Part shown: one piece after another, positions 28,983 through 42,175 of the stretch
Position numbering within the stretch: position 1 is the stretch's first letter
Layout of the letters: every line of letters begins with the position of its first letter
Assembly: GCF_009914755.1 (NCBI RefSeq)
Contig: NC_060929.1
Origin: the human T2T-CHM13v2.0 reference genome, Homo sapiens
Strand: one strand, 5' to 3'
DNA length: 64,000 nt
Notes under the pieces: generated by a model
The model's database searches: none
What the model saw: only the letters and a program-made list of their open reading frames with translations
Told to the model about the DNA's origin: nothing
Position numbers and translations under genes: made by a program

Positions 28983-30129
28983 TCAGTTATGGTTAATTTT
29001 TCATAAAGATGCCAAAGTAATTCAATGGAGGGTAGTGACAGCCTTTTAACATATAATGCTCAACTAATTAGACATCCATATGCAAAGGAATAAACCCTAA
29101 AATTACCTCACTCCATATACAATATTATCTCAAAATGTGTAATACACTCGTATGTAAGAGCTAAAGCTATGAAACTTCTCGAAAAAATGTACAATAAAGT
29201 CTTAAGGTATTCAATGAGATAAAGTTTTTAAAAGCAGGACTCAAAAAAAAATCGTAAACTATAAAAGGAAATATTGATAAACTTATGTTAATTAAAATAA
29301 CACCCCTCATTTGCCCTCTGTGTTATCAAATGTTACAAAAATGAAAAGTTAAGACACAGACTTGAATATTTGCACAACATATAACTGACAAAATCAGTAA
29401 TGTAAAAAACTCTCACAGCTCAAAATAAGAGCAAAAAACTCAATTAAAATGAGTAAATGATTTGAATAGACACTTGACCAAAGAAGAAATATAATTGAGA
29501 AACAAGTGCATGAAAATATTTTCAAAATCATCATTCAGTGTAATTTCAACTTATTCAACATTGTTTGGTCATAGGGAAATGCAAACTAAAACAAAGAGAA
29601 CTCATTGTTACATACTTATTAGAATAACTAAAAGAAAAATACCTGATTAGTATGCAGGACAACTAGAATGGTCATTTCTTAGTGGTGTGAATGTGCAATA
29701 GTACAACCACTTTGGAAAATAATTTGGCAGTTTTTATGAAGTTAAAGAAATACTCATACCATATGACCCATCAATCTCATTCCCAGGTATTTTGCGTGAT
29801 AGAAATGAAGGCCTCCGTAGAGACCTTTTCAAAATCTTCTGTACAAATATTTATTTTGTCTTCATTTACAATTGCCCAACCTGGAAACAACCCAAATATC
29901 CTTAAACTGATGCATATGTAAATAAAATTAATGTATAATGGTACAATGGAATATAGTAACAATAAAAGAAGAAAACTACTGATACATGAAACAATTTTGA
30001 TGAATCTTGAACGTATTATGCTAAATAAAAAGCTGCACTTGGAAGGCTATGTAGTGTATGATTCCATTTATATAACATTCTGGAAAAGTCAAATCGTAGA
30101 TAGTAAACAAATCCACAGTTGTCAGAGTG

Positions 30130-31045
30130 ACATTTTCATCTGGTGTATTTATTACCTCAAACATTGTAGTTGTAGTTTTCATCTCTGTTGGTTTCATTTG
30201 GGTCTTCTGTGTATCTCATGTTTGTACCTTTTGAATATATAGAATGAAATTATAATAAATGTTTTAATGTTCTTGTCTTTTATTTCCAATGTATGTGTCA
30301 GTTCTGGGTCAATTTTGATTGATTTTTTTCCTTTTCATTAAAATCATAACTTCCTTTTTCCTTTTCATGCCTAGTACTTTTAAAATAAAATTTAGCTATT
30401 GTGACTTGCATCATTTCAGGTTTATATTTTAAGCTTTGTTAGGTTGGAAGCTTTGTTAGATAGCAGAGTAAAATTTATTCTGGGGCTAATTATTCTCCAT
30501 TATGGAGGCAAGTATACTCTACCCACTGCCCTGTGAATCTTGGGGCTTTTTATTTTGGCTGATATGGAGGCACACTCTCCATAGTCTTGTGTAAATCCTG
30601 AACAGTGAGCTTCTAATCCTTCTAGGTGACACTTTCCTCAGTCTTCATAGTTTCTTAACACATAAACTGATTAGTGGGGACCCTTTGGAGGTGTCTCGTG
30701 TTCTCTCACTGTACAGCTACGTTTTCTATCTCATGAACTCTAGCTGCCCCAGCATTCCTGAACCCAACATCTGTCTCCTTGACTTAGGGACTATACTGGC
30801 CCTTTTATTGATTTACTGTGCCTGTGTTTTGGCCTGGAAACTCTCAGGTCAGTAAACAGACAATCTCAAAGTTCACCTCACTTGTTTGCTGTATCTCAGG
30901 GATTGCCACCCCTTTATGCTTGCTGTCCATTGTCTTAAAAACATTGTTTTATATATGTTTTACATATTTTTTTCCAGTTTCTTTGATTAAGCCAGAAAAA
31001 GAAATCTGTTCCCTGTTACTCCATCTTGGCCAGAAATAGAAGTCT
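30130..31045 (-). mobile_element. Ancient L1M 5' region fragment
   Basis: Ends ccctgttactccatcttggccagaa, a typical old L1M 5' terminus read in reverse. Confidence 0.65.
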
Positions 31046-31734
31046 ACAGGATATGTTTTTCATACTATTACGCTTCCTTCCTCTGTCTCATCATTGAATG
31101 AAGTGAGTTTCAATACACAAGCACTTTTCAGGAAACTCCTTGAGAGGAGAAGATGAAGTTCAAGATAGCCTTCCAGTTTTACTGCTATTTTCAATTTAGA
31201 AAATCTTTCTTCTCTGCTGCTAAATAGTGGACTGCTGCATCTAATTGTAGCTGTTTCTTTTTTTACAATGTATTTTTTTATATATATATAATTGACAAAA
31301 AGTGTACGTACTTTTGTGTATAACATGATGTTTTGAAATATGTATACATTGTGTAATGACTAAATCAAGCTAAAAACACTTAAAATCCACTTTTAGAAAT
31401 TTTCAAGAATACGATACATTGTTACTAACTATAGTCACTATGCTGTAAATGGAGCTCTTGAACTTATTTCTCCTACTGAACTAAAATTTCATAATATTTG
31501 ACAATCTCCTCCATCCCATAACCCCTGATAACCAGCATTCCACTTTCTACTTCTATGCATTCAACTTTTTTTAGAGTTCACATAAAAGTGAGATCATGTA
31601 GTATTTGTCTTTCTGTGCCTGGCTTATTTTATTTAACATATTGTCCTCCAGGTTTATCCCTACTGTTGCAAATTACAGAATTTCCTTCTTTTTAAAGATT
31701 GAATAGTATTACAACCTTTAAAAAGAAGGAATGT

Positions 31735-32037
<303 letters not shown>

Positions 32038-33052
32038 AAAAAGAAGGAATGTGTGTATATATGCCACATTTTAAAAATCTATTCATCTATTGATGAACAC
32101 TTAGGTTGTTTCCACAATTTGGGTATCTATTGTGAATAATGCTGCAATGAACATGCGAGGGAAGACATCTCTTTGACATACTGATTTCATTTCCTTTGTA
32201 TGTAACTTAGTAATGGCATTATTGGAACATATGATACTTCTATTATAAAGTTTTTGAGGAACTGCCATACTATTTTCCATAAGGGCTGCACCAATTTACA
32301 TTCCCACCAATAGTGTGCAAAGGTTTCCTTTTCTAAACATCCTGGCTGTCACTTGTTATTTTTTATCTCCTTATTACCAGTCATTCTAACAGATGTGTGG
32401 TCATACTTCACCGTGTAGTTTTAATGTGCATTTGTCTGAGGATTACTGGTGTTGAACATTTTTTCATATACCCATTGACCATTTATATGTCTTATCCCTT
32501 GCCCATTTTTAATAGGGTTGTTTTCTTACTATTGAGTTGAGTTCCCAATTTATTTTGAATATTAACCCCTTTTTAGATATGTGATTTGAAAATATTTTCT
32601 CCAATTTCATAGCTTGTTTCTTCACTCTGTTTCCTGCTTCCTTGGCTGTGCAGAAACTTTCATTTGATGTAATCCTATTTGTCTGTTTTCACTTTTATTG
32701 CCTTGAATTTGGGGTCATACCCAAAAAGTCATTGCTCAAACAAATGCTATGTAGTTTTTCTACTGTTTTCTTCTAGTAGTTTTAGAGTTTCAGGTCTGAC
32801 TTTTAAGTCTTTAATTCATTTTGAGGCTTTTTTTATATATGGTGTGAGATAAGGGCCTAATTTTATACTTCTGTATATGGATATTCAGTTGTCCTAACAG
32901 CATTTATTGAAGAAACTATCCTTTCCCCATTGCTTGTTCTTGTCATCTTTGTCATAAAATCAATTGAACATAAATGTGTGGATTTATTTCTGGGTTCTCT
33001 ATTCTGTTCCATTGGTCCATGAATCTGTTTAATTAACATAGCTTTGTAGTAG

Positions 33053-33343
<291 letters not shown>

Positions 33344-33507
33344 TGTAGTAGAATTTTAAGTCAGGTAGTGTGTTGTCTCTAGCTTTGTTCTTTTTACTTA
33401 ATATTGTTTTGGACAATTTGGGGTCTTTTATGGTTTCATACAATTTTAGGATTTTTCATCTATTTCTGTGAAAAATTTCACTGGAATTTTGATAAGAATT
33501 GTATGGA

Positions 33508-33786
33508 ATGGTGTCTTGCTCTGTTGTCCAGGCTGGAGTGCAGTGGCACCGTCTTGGCTCACTGCAACCTCTGCCTCCCAGGTGCAGGTGATTCTCATGC
33601 CTCAGCCTACTGACTAGCAGAGACTACAGGTGAGCGCCATCACACCCAGATAACTTTTGTATTTTTAGGAGGGGCAGGGTTTCACCATGTTGGCCAGGCT
33701 GGTCTCGAACTCTTGGTTGCAGGTAATCTGCCCACCTCGGCCTCCCAAAGAGCTGGAATTACAGGCGTGAGCCACCACACCTTGCC
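33508..33786 (-). mobile_element. Older Alu (J/early S) with no poly(A) tail
   Basis: Begins atggtgtcttgctctg directly after L1 sequence; flanked by aag(a/t)attgtatggaat at 33494 and 33787. Confidence 0.92.
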
Positions 33787-34302
33787 AAGTATTGTATGGA
33801 ATCTGTAGATCACTTTGGGTAGTATGAACAATATTAATATTAATAATATTTATTCTTTTGATCCACAACAATGAAATATGTTTTCATTTATTTCTGCCTT
33901 TTTCAATTTTTCATCAATGTTTTATAGTTTTCATGTCTTTCACTTCCTTGGTTAAATTTATCCTTAAATATTTTTATTTTTTGGTAGCTATTGTAAATAA
34001 GATTGTTTTCTTCTCATTATTAGTGTATGGAAATGCTACTGACTTTTGTATGTTGATATTGTATCATGCAAATTTACTAAGTCAGTTTATTAGTTCTAAT
34101 GGTGTTTTAGTAGCATTTTTAGGGTTTTCTATATATGAGATCATGTCATCATTCTGTGAAAAATTTCATTGGAATTTTGATAAGAATTGTATGGAAATTT
34201 TACAATTTAACTTTTCCAATTTGGATGTCTTTCATTTCTATCTCTTGCCTAATTGCTCTTGCTAGGACTTCTTGTGCTATATTAAATAGAAGTGGTGAGA
34301 GG

Positions 34303-35111
34303 TGTAGACGAATGGGACAGAATAGAGAACCCGGAAAAAAAGCCAAATACTTAGCCAACTGATATTCAAAAAAGCAAGCAAAAACATGAAGTGGGGAAAG
34401 GACACTCTATTCAATGAATGATGCTGGAATAATTGGCTAGCCACATGTGGAAGAATGAAACTGGATTTTCATATCTCACCTTACACAAAAATCAGCTCAA
34501 GGTGGATCAAAGACATAAATCTAAGACCTGAAACCATAAAAATTCTACAAGATAACATTGGAAAAACTCTTCTAGACATTGGCCTAGAAAGAGTTCATGA
34601 CCAAGAACTCCAAAGCAAATGCAACAAAAACAGAGATAAATAGATGGGGCTTAATTAAACTAGAAAGCTTCTGCACAGCAAAGGAAATAATCAGCAGAGT
34701 CAATACACAGCCCACAGAGTGGGAGAGCATCTTTGCAAACTCTTCGTCCAACCAAGGACTAATATCCAGAATCTACAAGGAACTCAAACAAACCAGCAAG
34801 ATAAAAACAAATAATCTCATCAAAAAGTGGGCTAAGAACATGAAAAGACAATTCAAGAGGAGATACACAAATGGCCAACAAACATATGGAAAATATACTC
34901 AGCATCACTAATTATCAGGGAAATGCAAATCAGAATCACAATGTTATACTATATTACTCCTGCAAGAATGGCCATAATTAAAAAATAAAATAATAATAGA
35001 TGTTGGCACGGATGTGGTGAAAGGGAACACTTTTACACTGCTGGTGGGAATGTAAACTAGTACAACTATGGAAAACAGGGTGGCGATTCCTTAAAGAACT
35101 AAAAGTAGATC

Positions 35112-35162
<51 letters not shown>

Positions 35163-35548
35163 CATATCATGGAATACTAATCGGCCATAAAAAGGAACAA
35201 AATAATGGCATTTCCAGTAACCTGGATGGAGTTGGAGACCATTATTCTAAATGAAGTAACTCAGGAATGGAAAACCAAACAATGTATGTTCTCATTTATA
35301 AGTGAGCACTAAGCTGTGAGGACACAAAGGCATAAGAATGATACAATGAACTCTGGGGACTTGGGGGAAAAGGTGGGAGGGTGGTGATGGGTAAAAGACT
35401 ACATATTGGGCACAGTGTACACTACTTGGGTGATGGGTGCAACAAAATCTCAGAAGTTGCCACTGAAGAACTTATTCATGTAACCAAACAACACCTGTTC
35501 TCCCAAAACTATTGAAATAATAAAAAAAAAATAAAAAGATTAAAAAAA
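34303..35548 (+). mobile_element. L1PB 3' fragment inserted antisense to the host L1MA
   Basis: ORF2 remnants ([28 protein letters not shown]; [25 protein letters not shown]), L1PB 3'UTR and A-rich tail. Confidence 0.93.
35114..35159. repeat. (GT)n microsatellite, about 23 units
   Basis: Perfect GT run. Confidence 0.98.
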
Positions 35549-38500
35549 AGAAGTAGTAGGGGGAGGATTCTTGTCTTGTTCCTGATCTTAGAGGAAAATC
35601 TTTCACCTATTCACCAGTATGATGTTAGCTATGTGCTTATCATATATGTTCTTTATTGTATTGAGGTCCATTTCTTCTATGCCTAATATTTTGAGTTTTT
35701 TTAAATCATGAAAGGATGTTGAATTTTTTTTCAAATGCTATTTCTCAAACTATTGAGATGATTATATGGTTTTTGTCCTCGATTCTGTTAATGTGGTACA
35801 CCACATTTATTGATTGAATTCCTGGGATAAATCTCATTTGTCATGATGAATGATTCTTTTAATGTGCTGTTGAATTCAGTTTGTTAGTATTGTGTTGAGG
35901 ATTTTTGCATCTGTGTTCATCAGGGACATTGCCTGTAATTATCTTTTCTTGTAATAACTTTGTTTGGTTTTGGTATCAGAGTAATGCTGGGCTCATAATA
36001 TGAGTTTGGAAGTATACATTCCTTTCAATTTTTTGGAAGAGTGTGAGAAAGATTAGTGTTAGTTTTTCTTTTATGTTTGGTAGAATTCAGCAGTGAAGCC
36101 ATTATGTCCTGGTCTTTCTTTGATGGGAAACTTTTTATTACAAATTTAATCACCTTTCTTGTTTGTGTTCTGTTTGGGTTTTCTATTTTTCCATGATTCA
36201 ATCTTGGTAGGTTGTATATATCTAGAAATTTATCTGTTTTTCTAGATTATTCAATTTGTTGGTGTACTCATGTTCCTAGTAGCCTCTTATGATCCTTTGT
36301 ATTTCTGTGGTATCAGTTGTGATGTCTTCTCTTTTGTTTCTGATTTTGTCTTCTCTCTTTTTTCTTTGTCCAGCTAAATAATTTTTAATTTTTTTTGATG
36401 TAGGCATTCATTGCTATAAACTTGCCTCTTAGAACTGCTTTCGCTGTATCTCATTAATTTTGGTGTCTATTTTGCTTCTATTTTTCTTTGTCTCAGATTT
36501 TTCTAATTTTTTTTTTTCATTTCATTGACCCACTGGTTGTTCGGGAGCATGTTTAGTTTTCATGTATTTGTGATTTTTTGAAATTTGTCCTGTTATTGAT
36601 TTATGGTTTCATATCATAATGGTTGGAAAAAGATACTTGGTGTGATTTCAGTCTTCTTAAATTAGTTAAGACTCATTTTATGGATCAACATATAATTTAT
36701 TCTGGAGAATGTTTCATTTGTGCTTGAGAATATGTTTATTCTGTTGCTATTGGCTGGAATGTTCTGCATATATCCATTAGGTCCATTTAGCCTAAAATGT
36801 GGTTCAAGTTCAATGGTTTTTTAACTAATTTTTCTCTCTGAATAATCTGTCCATTGCTGAAAGTGAAGTATTAAATTACCCAGCTATTGTATTACAGTGT
36901 TTCTGTCCCTTCAGATCTATTAATATTTGCTTTATATATTTAGGTGCTCCAATGTTGGGTGCATATATATTTATAAATGTTCTCTCCTTTTCCTGAATTG
37001 AGCACTTTTTCATTATATAATGACCTTGTCTATTTTTACAGTTTTTGAGTTAAAGTCTATTTTATCTGGTATAAATACAGCTACACCTGCTCTCTTTTGG
37101 TTTCTATGTGCATAAATATCTTTTTTCATCTCTTCTATGTGTGTCCTTACAGGTGAAGTGAGTCTTTTGGAGGCAGCAGATAGTTGAATTGTGTTTTTTA
37201 AATCCATTAAGCCACTTTACGTCTTTCGATTGGACAATTTAATCCATTAAAATTAAGGTAATTATTGATAGACAATGACTTACTGCTGCCATTTTGTTAA
37301 TTGGTTTCTGGTAGTTTTATGGAGCCATTGTTTCTTTCTTCCTTTCTTACTGTCCTCTTCTGTGATTAGGTGATTTTCTCTAGTGGTATGCTTTGATTTC
37401 TTAATTTTTTTCTTTTATGTATCTACTATAGGTTTTTGCTTTGTGGTTACCATAAGGCTTACATAAAACATCGTATCATTTTAAAAGGCTTTTTAAAGCT
37501 GATAACAACTTACCTTTGATTGCATATAAAACTCTATATTTTTCCTCCTCTAACTCATCTTATGTTTCTGATGTCACAATTTACTACTTTTATATTGCAT
37601 ATGCCTTAACAAATTATTGAATCTATTATTATTTTTAATAGTTTTGTTTTTCAACCTTCATACTAAAGATATAAGTAATTGACATATCACCATTACAATA
37701 TTAAAGTGTTCTGAATTTGACTATGCATTTACTTTTGCTTATAAGCTTTATACTCTCTACGTTTATGTGTTAGTAATTAGCATCCTTTTCTTTCAGGTTT
37801 TTTCCAGTATAAAGAACTCTATTAGCATTTCTTGTAAGACAGGTATGGTGTTACTGAACTCTCTCAGCTTTTTTTTGGGAAAACCTTTATCTCTTTTTTA
37901 TTTCTGAAGGACAGCTTTGCCATGTACAGTATTCTTTTTTGGCAAGTTTTCTCCTTCAGCGCTTTGAATATATTATCCTACTGTCTCCTGGCCTATGAGG
38001 TTTCTGCTGAGAAATCTGCTGTTTCCCTTATCGAAACTCCCTTATATATAATTTCCTTTATTTTGTTCCTCTTCCCACTTTCAGGATCCTCTCTTTTTCT
38101 TTTATTTTTTGACATTTTGATTATAATAGGTCTTGATACAATCTTGTTTGGATTGAATTCTGTTGGAGACTTTTAACATTCCTATATCTAGATATTTACA
38201 TCTTCCCCAAGATTTGGAAAGATCTCTGCTATTATTTCTTTAAATAAGCTTTCTACCACTTTCTTTCTCTCTCTTTTTAAAATCCTATAACTCAAATATT
38301 TTCTCTTTTGTTGCTGTTCTGTAACTTGCATAAACGTTCTTTATTCCTTTCCATTCTTTTTTCTTTTCTAACTGTATATTTTCAAACAACTTGTACGAGT
38401 TCACAGTCTTCTACTTGATGAATTCTGCTGTTAATACTCTATTGTGTGTTTCATTTCATACATTGTATTTTTTAGTTCCAAAAACTACTGTTTGATTTTT

Positions 38501-41500
38501 AAAAAAACATCAATCTTTCTGTTAACATTTTTATTTTGGTTGTTTATTGTTTTCTTTATAACACTGAATTGTTTCTCTGTATTTTATTCAAGTTTTTTTG
38601 AGTTTCCTTAAAATAATTATTTTGAGTTTGAATTACTTGCCAGGTAGTTATTATATCTCTGGCTCTTTTGGGTCAGCTACAGGGAAATTATTGTGTCTTT
38701 TTGGTGGTGTTATGTCTTCTTTGGTTTTCATGTTCCTTGATGACATACACTGACGTGTTTGCACTTGGTGACACAGTCACCTCTGTCAGATTTTATAGGC
38801 TAATTTTGGCATGTAAAGACCTCCCTCCATGGAGGAGCAGTATGAAAGCACTTGTTGGGTATGGTACAGCAGTTTTGGCACCAGTGAGGGTGCAGCTGTG
38901 TACTCTCTGTGTAGCTCTGTGAGTTGAGGTGGGTGTTGTCACAGATTGTAGGAATTCTCAGCAGTTAATACAGTGGATGTTTGCAGTGATGGTGAGGATT
39001 CTTGGGGTCTCTAGTGATTATGATTGCTAATGTCCTCTTGGTCTCTTTCTCCCACTAGGCAAGTTGGGTTCAGAGCATCTCTCTTGAAACTGGGCCTGGC
39101 TTATGGCCTGCTCACAGTGGTGGTAGTGACAGTGTCTGATGAGTCATGCCCAAAGGTGTGGTCTTGTGCTGAAGCTTGAAACACAGGCATGTGTGGAGGG
39201 ACTATAGTTCTGGGATATGAGGTGGTAAAGGTACTGATGTTTTGAGTGCAGGAACTCCTGGTGCTGCATTGGTAAGGCTGTGTAAGGTACAGATGCTCAT
39301 AAAGTAGCCAGGGAATCAAGAATGGGAACATAGGCATGTGCAGAGTTACAGTGGCTTCAGGGTCATGGCAAGGCCTAGTTCTTTATGGAGGCTGAGCTAG
39401 TGCCCAGAGAGCAGGCATGCTCAGGGAGACCTTGTCTTGTGACCCAGATTGCGAACAAGCTCACTATGGCAAAGGCTCCAGTATCTGAGACATGGGTGGT
39501 TCGGTGCATCCACGTCGGGAATATGTGCACTTGTGGTGCAGCCATCACTTGGCGGTCAGGGTACACGTGAGGTTGTGAGGTGGTAGCTTCTTTCCTGAAA
39601 CAACTCTATAGTAGCTGCTTCTTGTTGGATGAGAAGAAGGAAGAGGTGTGCAATATGTCTCCTTCTGGAGTTCCCCAACAAGAATGACTGTCGGTTACCT
39701 CAGTGGTAAAATTTGCCAGTGTCCTCTGTGGAGCAGGCCACTGGGAACCATAATGGTTTGTTTTCTGGATAGCTATCTGCATTTATTTGTGTTGTGGGGT
39801 AATAAAGGCTATAGTATCTCCTACTCTGCCATCCTGGTGATATCACCCCAAGGGATATGCTTTTTGATCATCAGTTAGAACCTCTCACTTTTATAAAACA
39901 CATTTTGATGGAAGTTTTGGGTACGTGCTGCATTAGGCAAATTTCACCCTAAATTTTTATTCCAAATTTTCCTCTCTATCTACTTCCTTTACCTCAGCTG
40001 TTTTGGCAACACTTACGCGTATTTTAGAAGTTGGGGATTTTTCTATCTACATTGAAAATGGCATTTGCTTTATAAATTCTCCTTGTTGCTTTTGGATAAT
40101 TTATACAAGGAGATGTTGAGATACTGATTTGTAAAACTTGTTCATCCTGGAAGTCTTGCATTTTTAAAAAAAAAACTAAAAATTGAAAGTAAGAATTGCT
40201 TAATATAAAGGGAACTAATATTTTCAAATAACAGTATAAAAATACTTTGTTGATATGAAAGACATTTATTTAATTGAGTCAAAATTTATGTTACAAAGTG
40301 TTATTTATAGCAGATATTATTATGGAAAAAATAGTATAATATGAAAAGGAAAATGTGGAAGGCTATGCACCAAACTATGGACACATTTTGATGTTTAAAT
40401 TTGGGTATTTTAAATTTTCTTCGTTTTGATAACCAGCTTTTAATGTTTTTTAAACAAAAAGCACTCATTTATAATGTAGAATTGCCATTTCTTCAAATTA
40501 TAGTAAGCACAGAATTTATGTTAGAAACAGGGCAATTTAATTTATAATGTAAACTAAACATTGTATCATCACTCTGTATTGCTATATCCTTCCAAGAATA
40601 TAAATTCCAAATATACATACATATGAGCTTATACTACAATGTTGACAGCATGACACAATTAAATTAAAAATTAAAAATAGAAATAATTTTCATTTTTACC
40701 TTATAACAGGAATCATTCATTTTTACCAGTATAACCAATGAGACCATCCAAATCAGAGCCAGACTTAGTAGGGATCAAACTTCAATGTAGAACACATGTT
40801 GTCCTTTAACCAGCAACGTGAATGGCAAAAAATTCACAATGGAGCTTCAAGGATTGATGTGGATGTAGAATTATGAAATATATTACTCCTATAGATGGCA
40901 CAGAGACTTATTGTATGATGTATATATGAGTTTCAACTGCTGCAAAAAAGTATATTCTATAGATTAGTTACACTGTTTCACTTTCTCTATTTTGCCATCA
41001 GTTGGATTGGCTGTCTGCTTAAGTTATTATTGAGCAAAGAGCATGAATTTTCTCTTCCCTAAGTGCATTTGTAGACTGTAAAAATGGCATTGCACCAAGA
41101 TTGCAATACTCCATGCCTTGGTTTCCAAGAGTACTGTGAGAACCTGGGAATATCCATTTAGATAGCCCTCTCTATAAAACGCACGCAAGATGATGCTTCT
41201 TTGATTTGTAGCAGCATCTGTCTTTGCAGTATCTGTAATATTCACAAGTTTGTCATTTTAGAGTTTTATCTGAAGCCTTTGATTTACTATTATTCATTAC
41301 GGCTATTGATGGCCAGATGCCCAGAACTCTGATTTTTAGATTATATATCTCAAGTCTGCCTAATGCTGTTATACTATGTTCAGTTGGTATCTGTATGTCC
41401 TGAATTATTTTACAGACTGTAAATTTGAAAATAACCAGTGTCAGCCTTTAAATATGGTCAGGATATCTAGAACTAACTTGAATCTGAGTTTAATTTATTC

Positions 41501-41568
41501 GTTCAAAAAATTCTTGTGAAATGCCATAAGGTACTGGGAGTAAAGGGATGAATAATCTGTGTTGAATC

Positions 41569-42175
41569 TGTAAGTCCAAAACCATCAGGAATATATCTAT
41601 AGTCAAATGAAGTTAGATGTTTTGACTTATGGCTATGAGAGAGACCACACACGTGGTGAACCATGAACCTTCATAAGAGGAAAATGTTAAGAGTGATTTA
41701 CTATAGGATTTGTGTTTGTGTTAGGTATTTTTCAGGAGGGTTGAAGGAAATGGAGTTTTCTCTGGATTGGGTACTGTCAGAAAGTAGGGTGATTATTCAA
41801 TTGAATATTTTAATGAATCTTACCTAGTGGGTGGGAAGAATAAATATGAAGGTAAGTCCATAACTAGCAAAACAGCACTTATTATTCATAATAATAAGGA
41901 GGATGTTGGTGATTTTTGCTGTTTCCACTGTTATCTTGTTTTTGTATGTGCTTTGCCAAGGTCACGAAATAGTCTTTTTCTTTTTTTTTTAAATTTCACT
42001 TTATTATAGTCATAGAGCTACCCGATCTGGTGTCAATGCTCTGTGAGGTTAATTTTAACAGAAGAATGCCACACCTTAGCTGAGAGTGCCAGGTCAGCTC
42101 CTAATAACACCAATACCTAGCTGTTAGTGTTAGATGAGTTCTTATGTTTCAGTGTCTGGTTTTCTTTTTCTTGTC
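41569..42175. mobile_element. Old ERV LTR (possibly MER76-like, ERVL)
   Basis: tttactataggatttgtgtttgtgttaggt...ctctggattgggtactgtcag resembles ERVL-class LTRs; subfamily uncertain. Confidence 0.5.
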
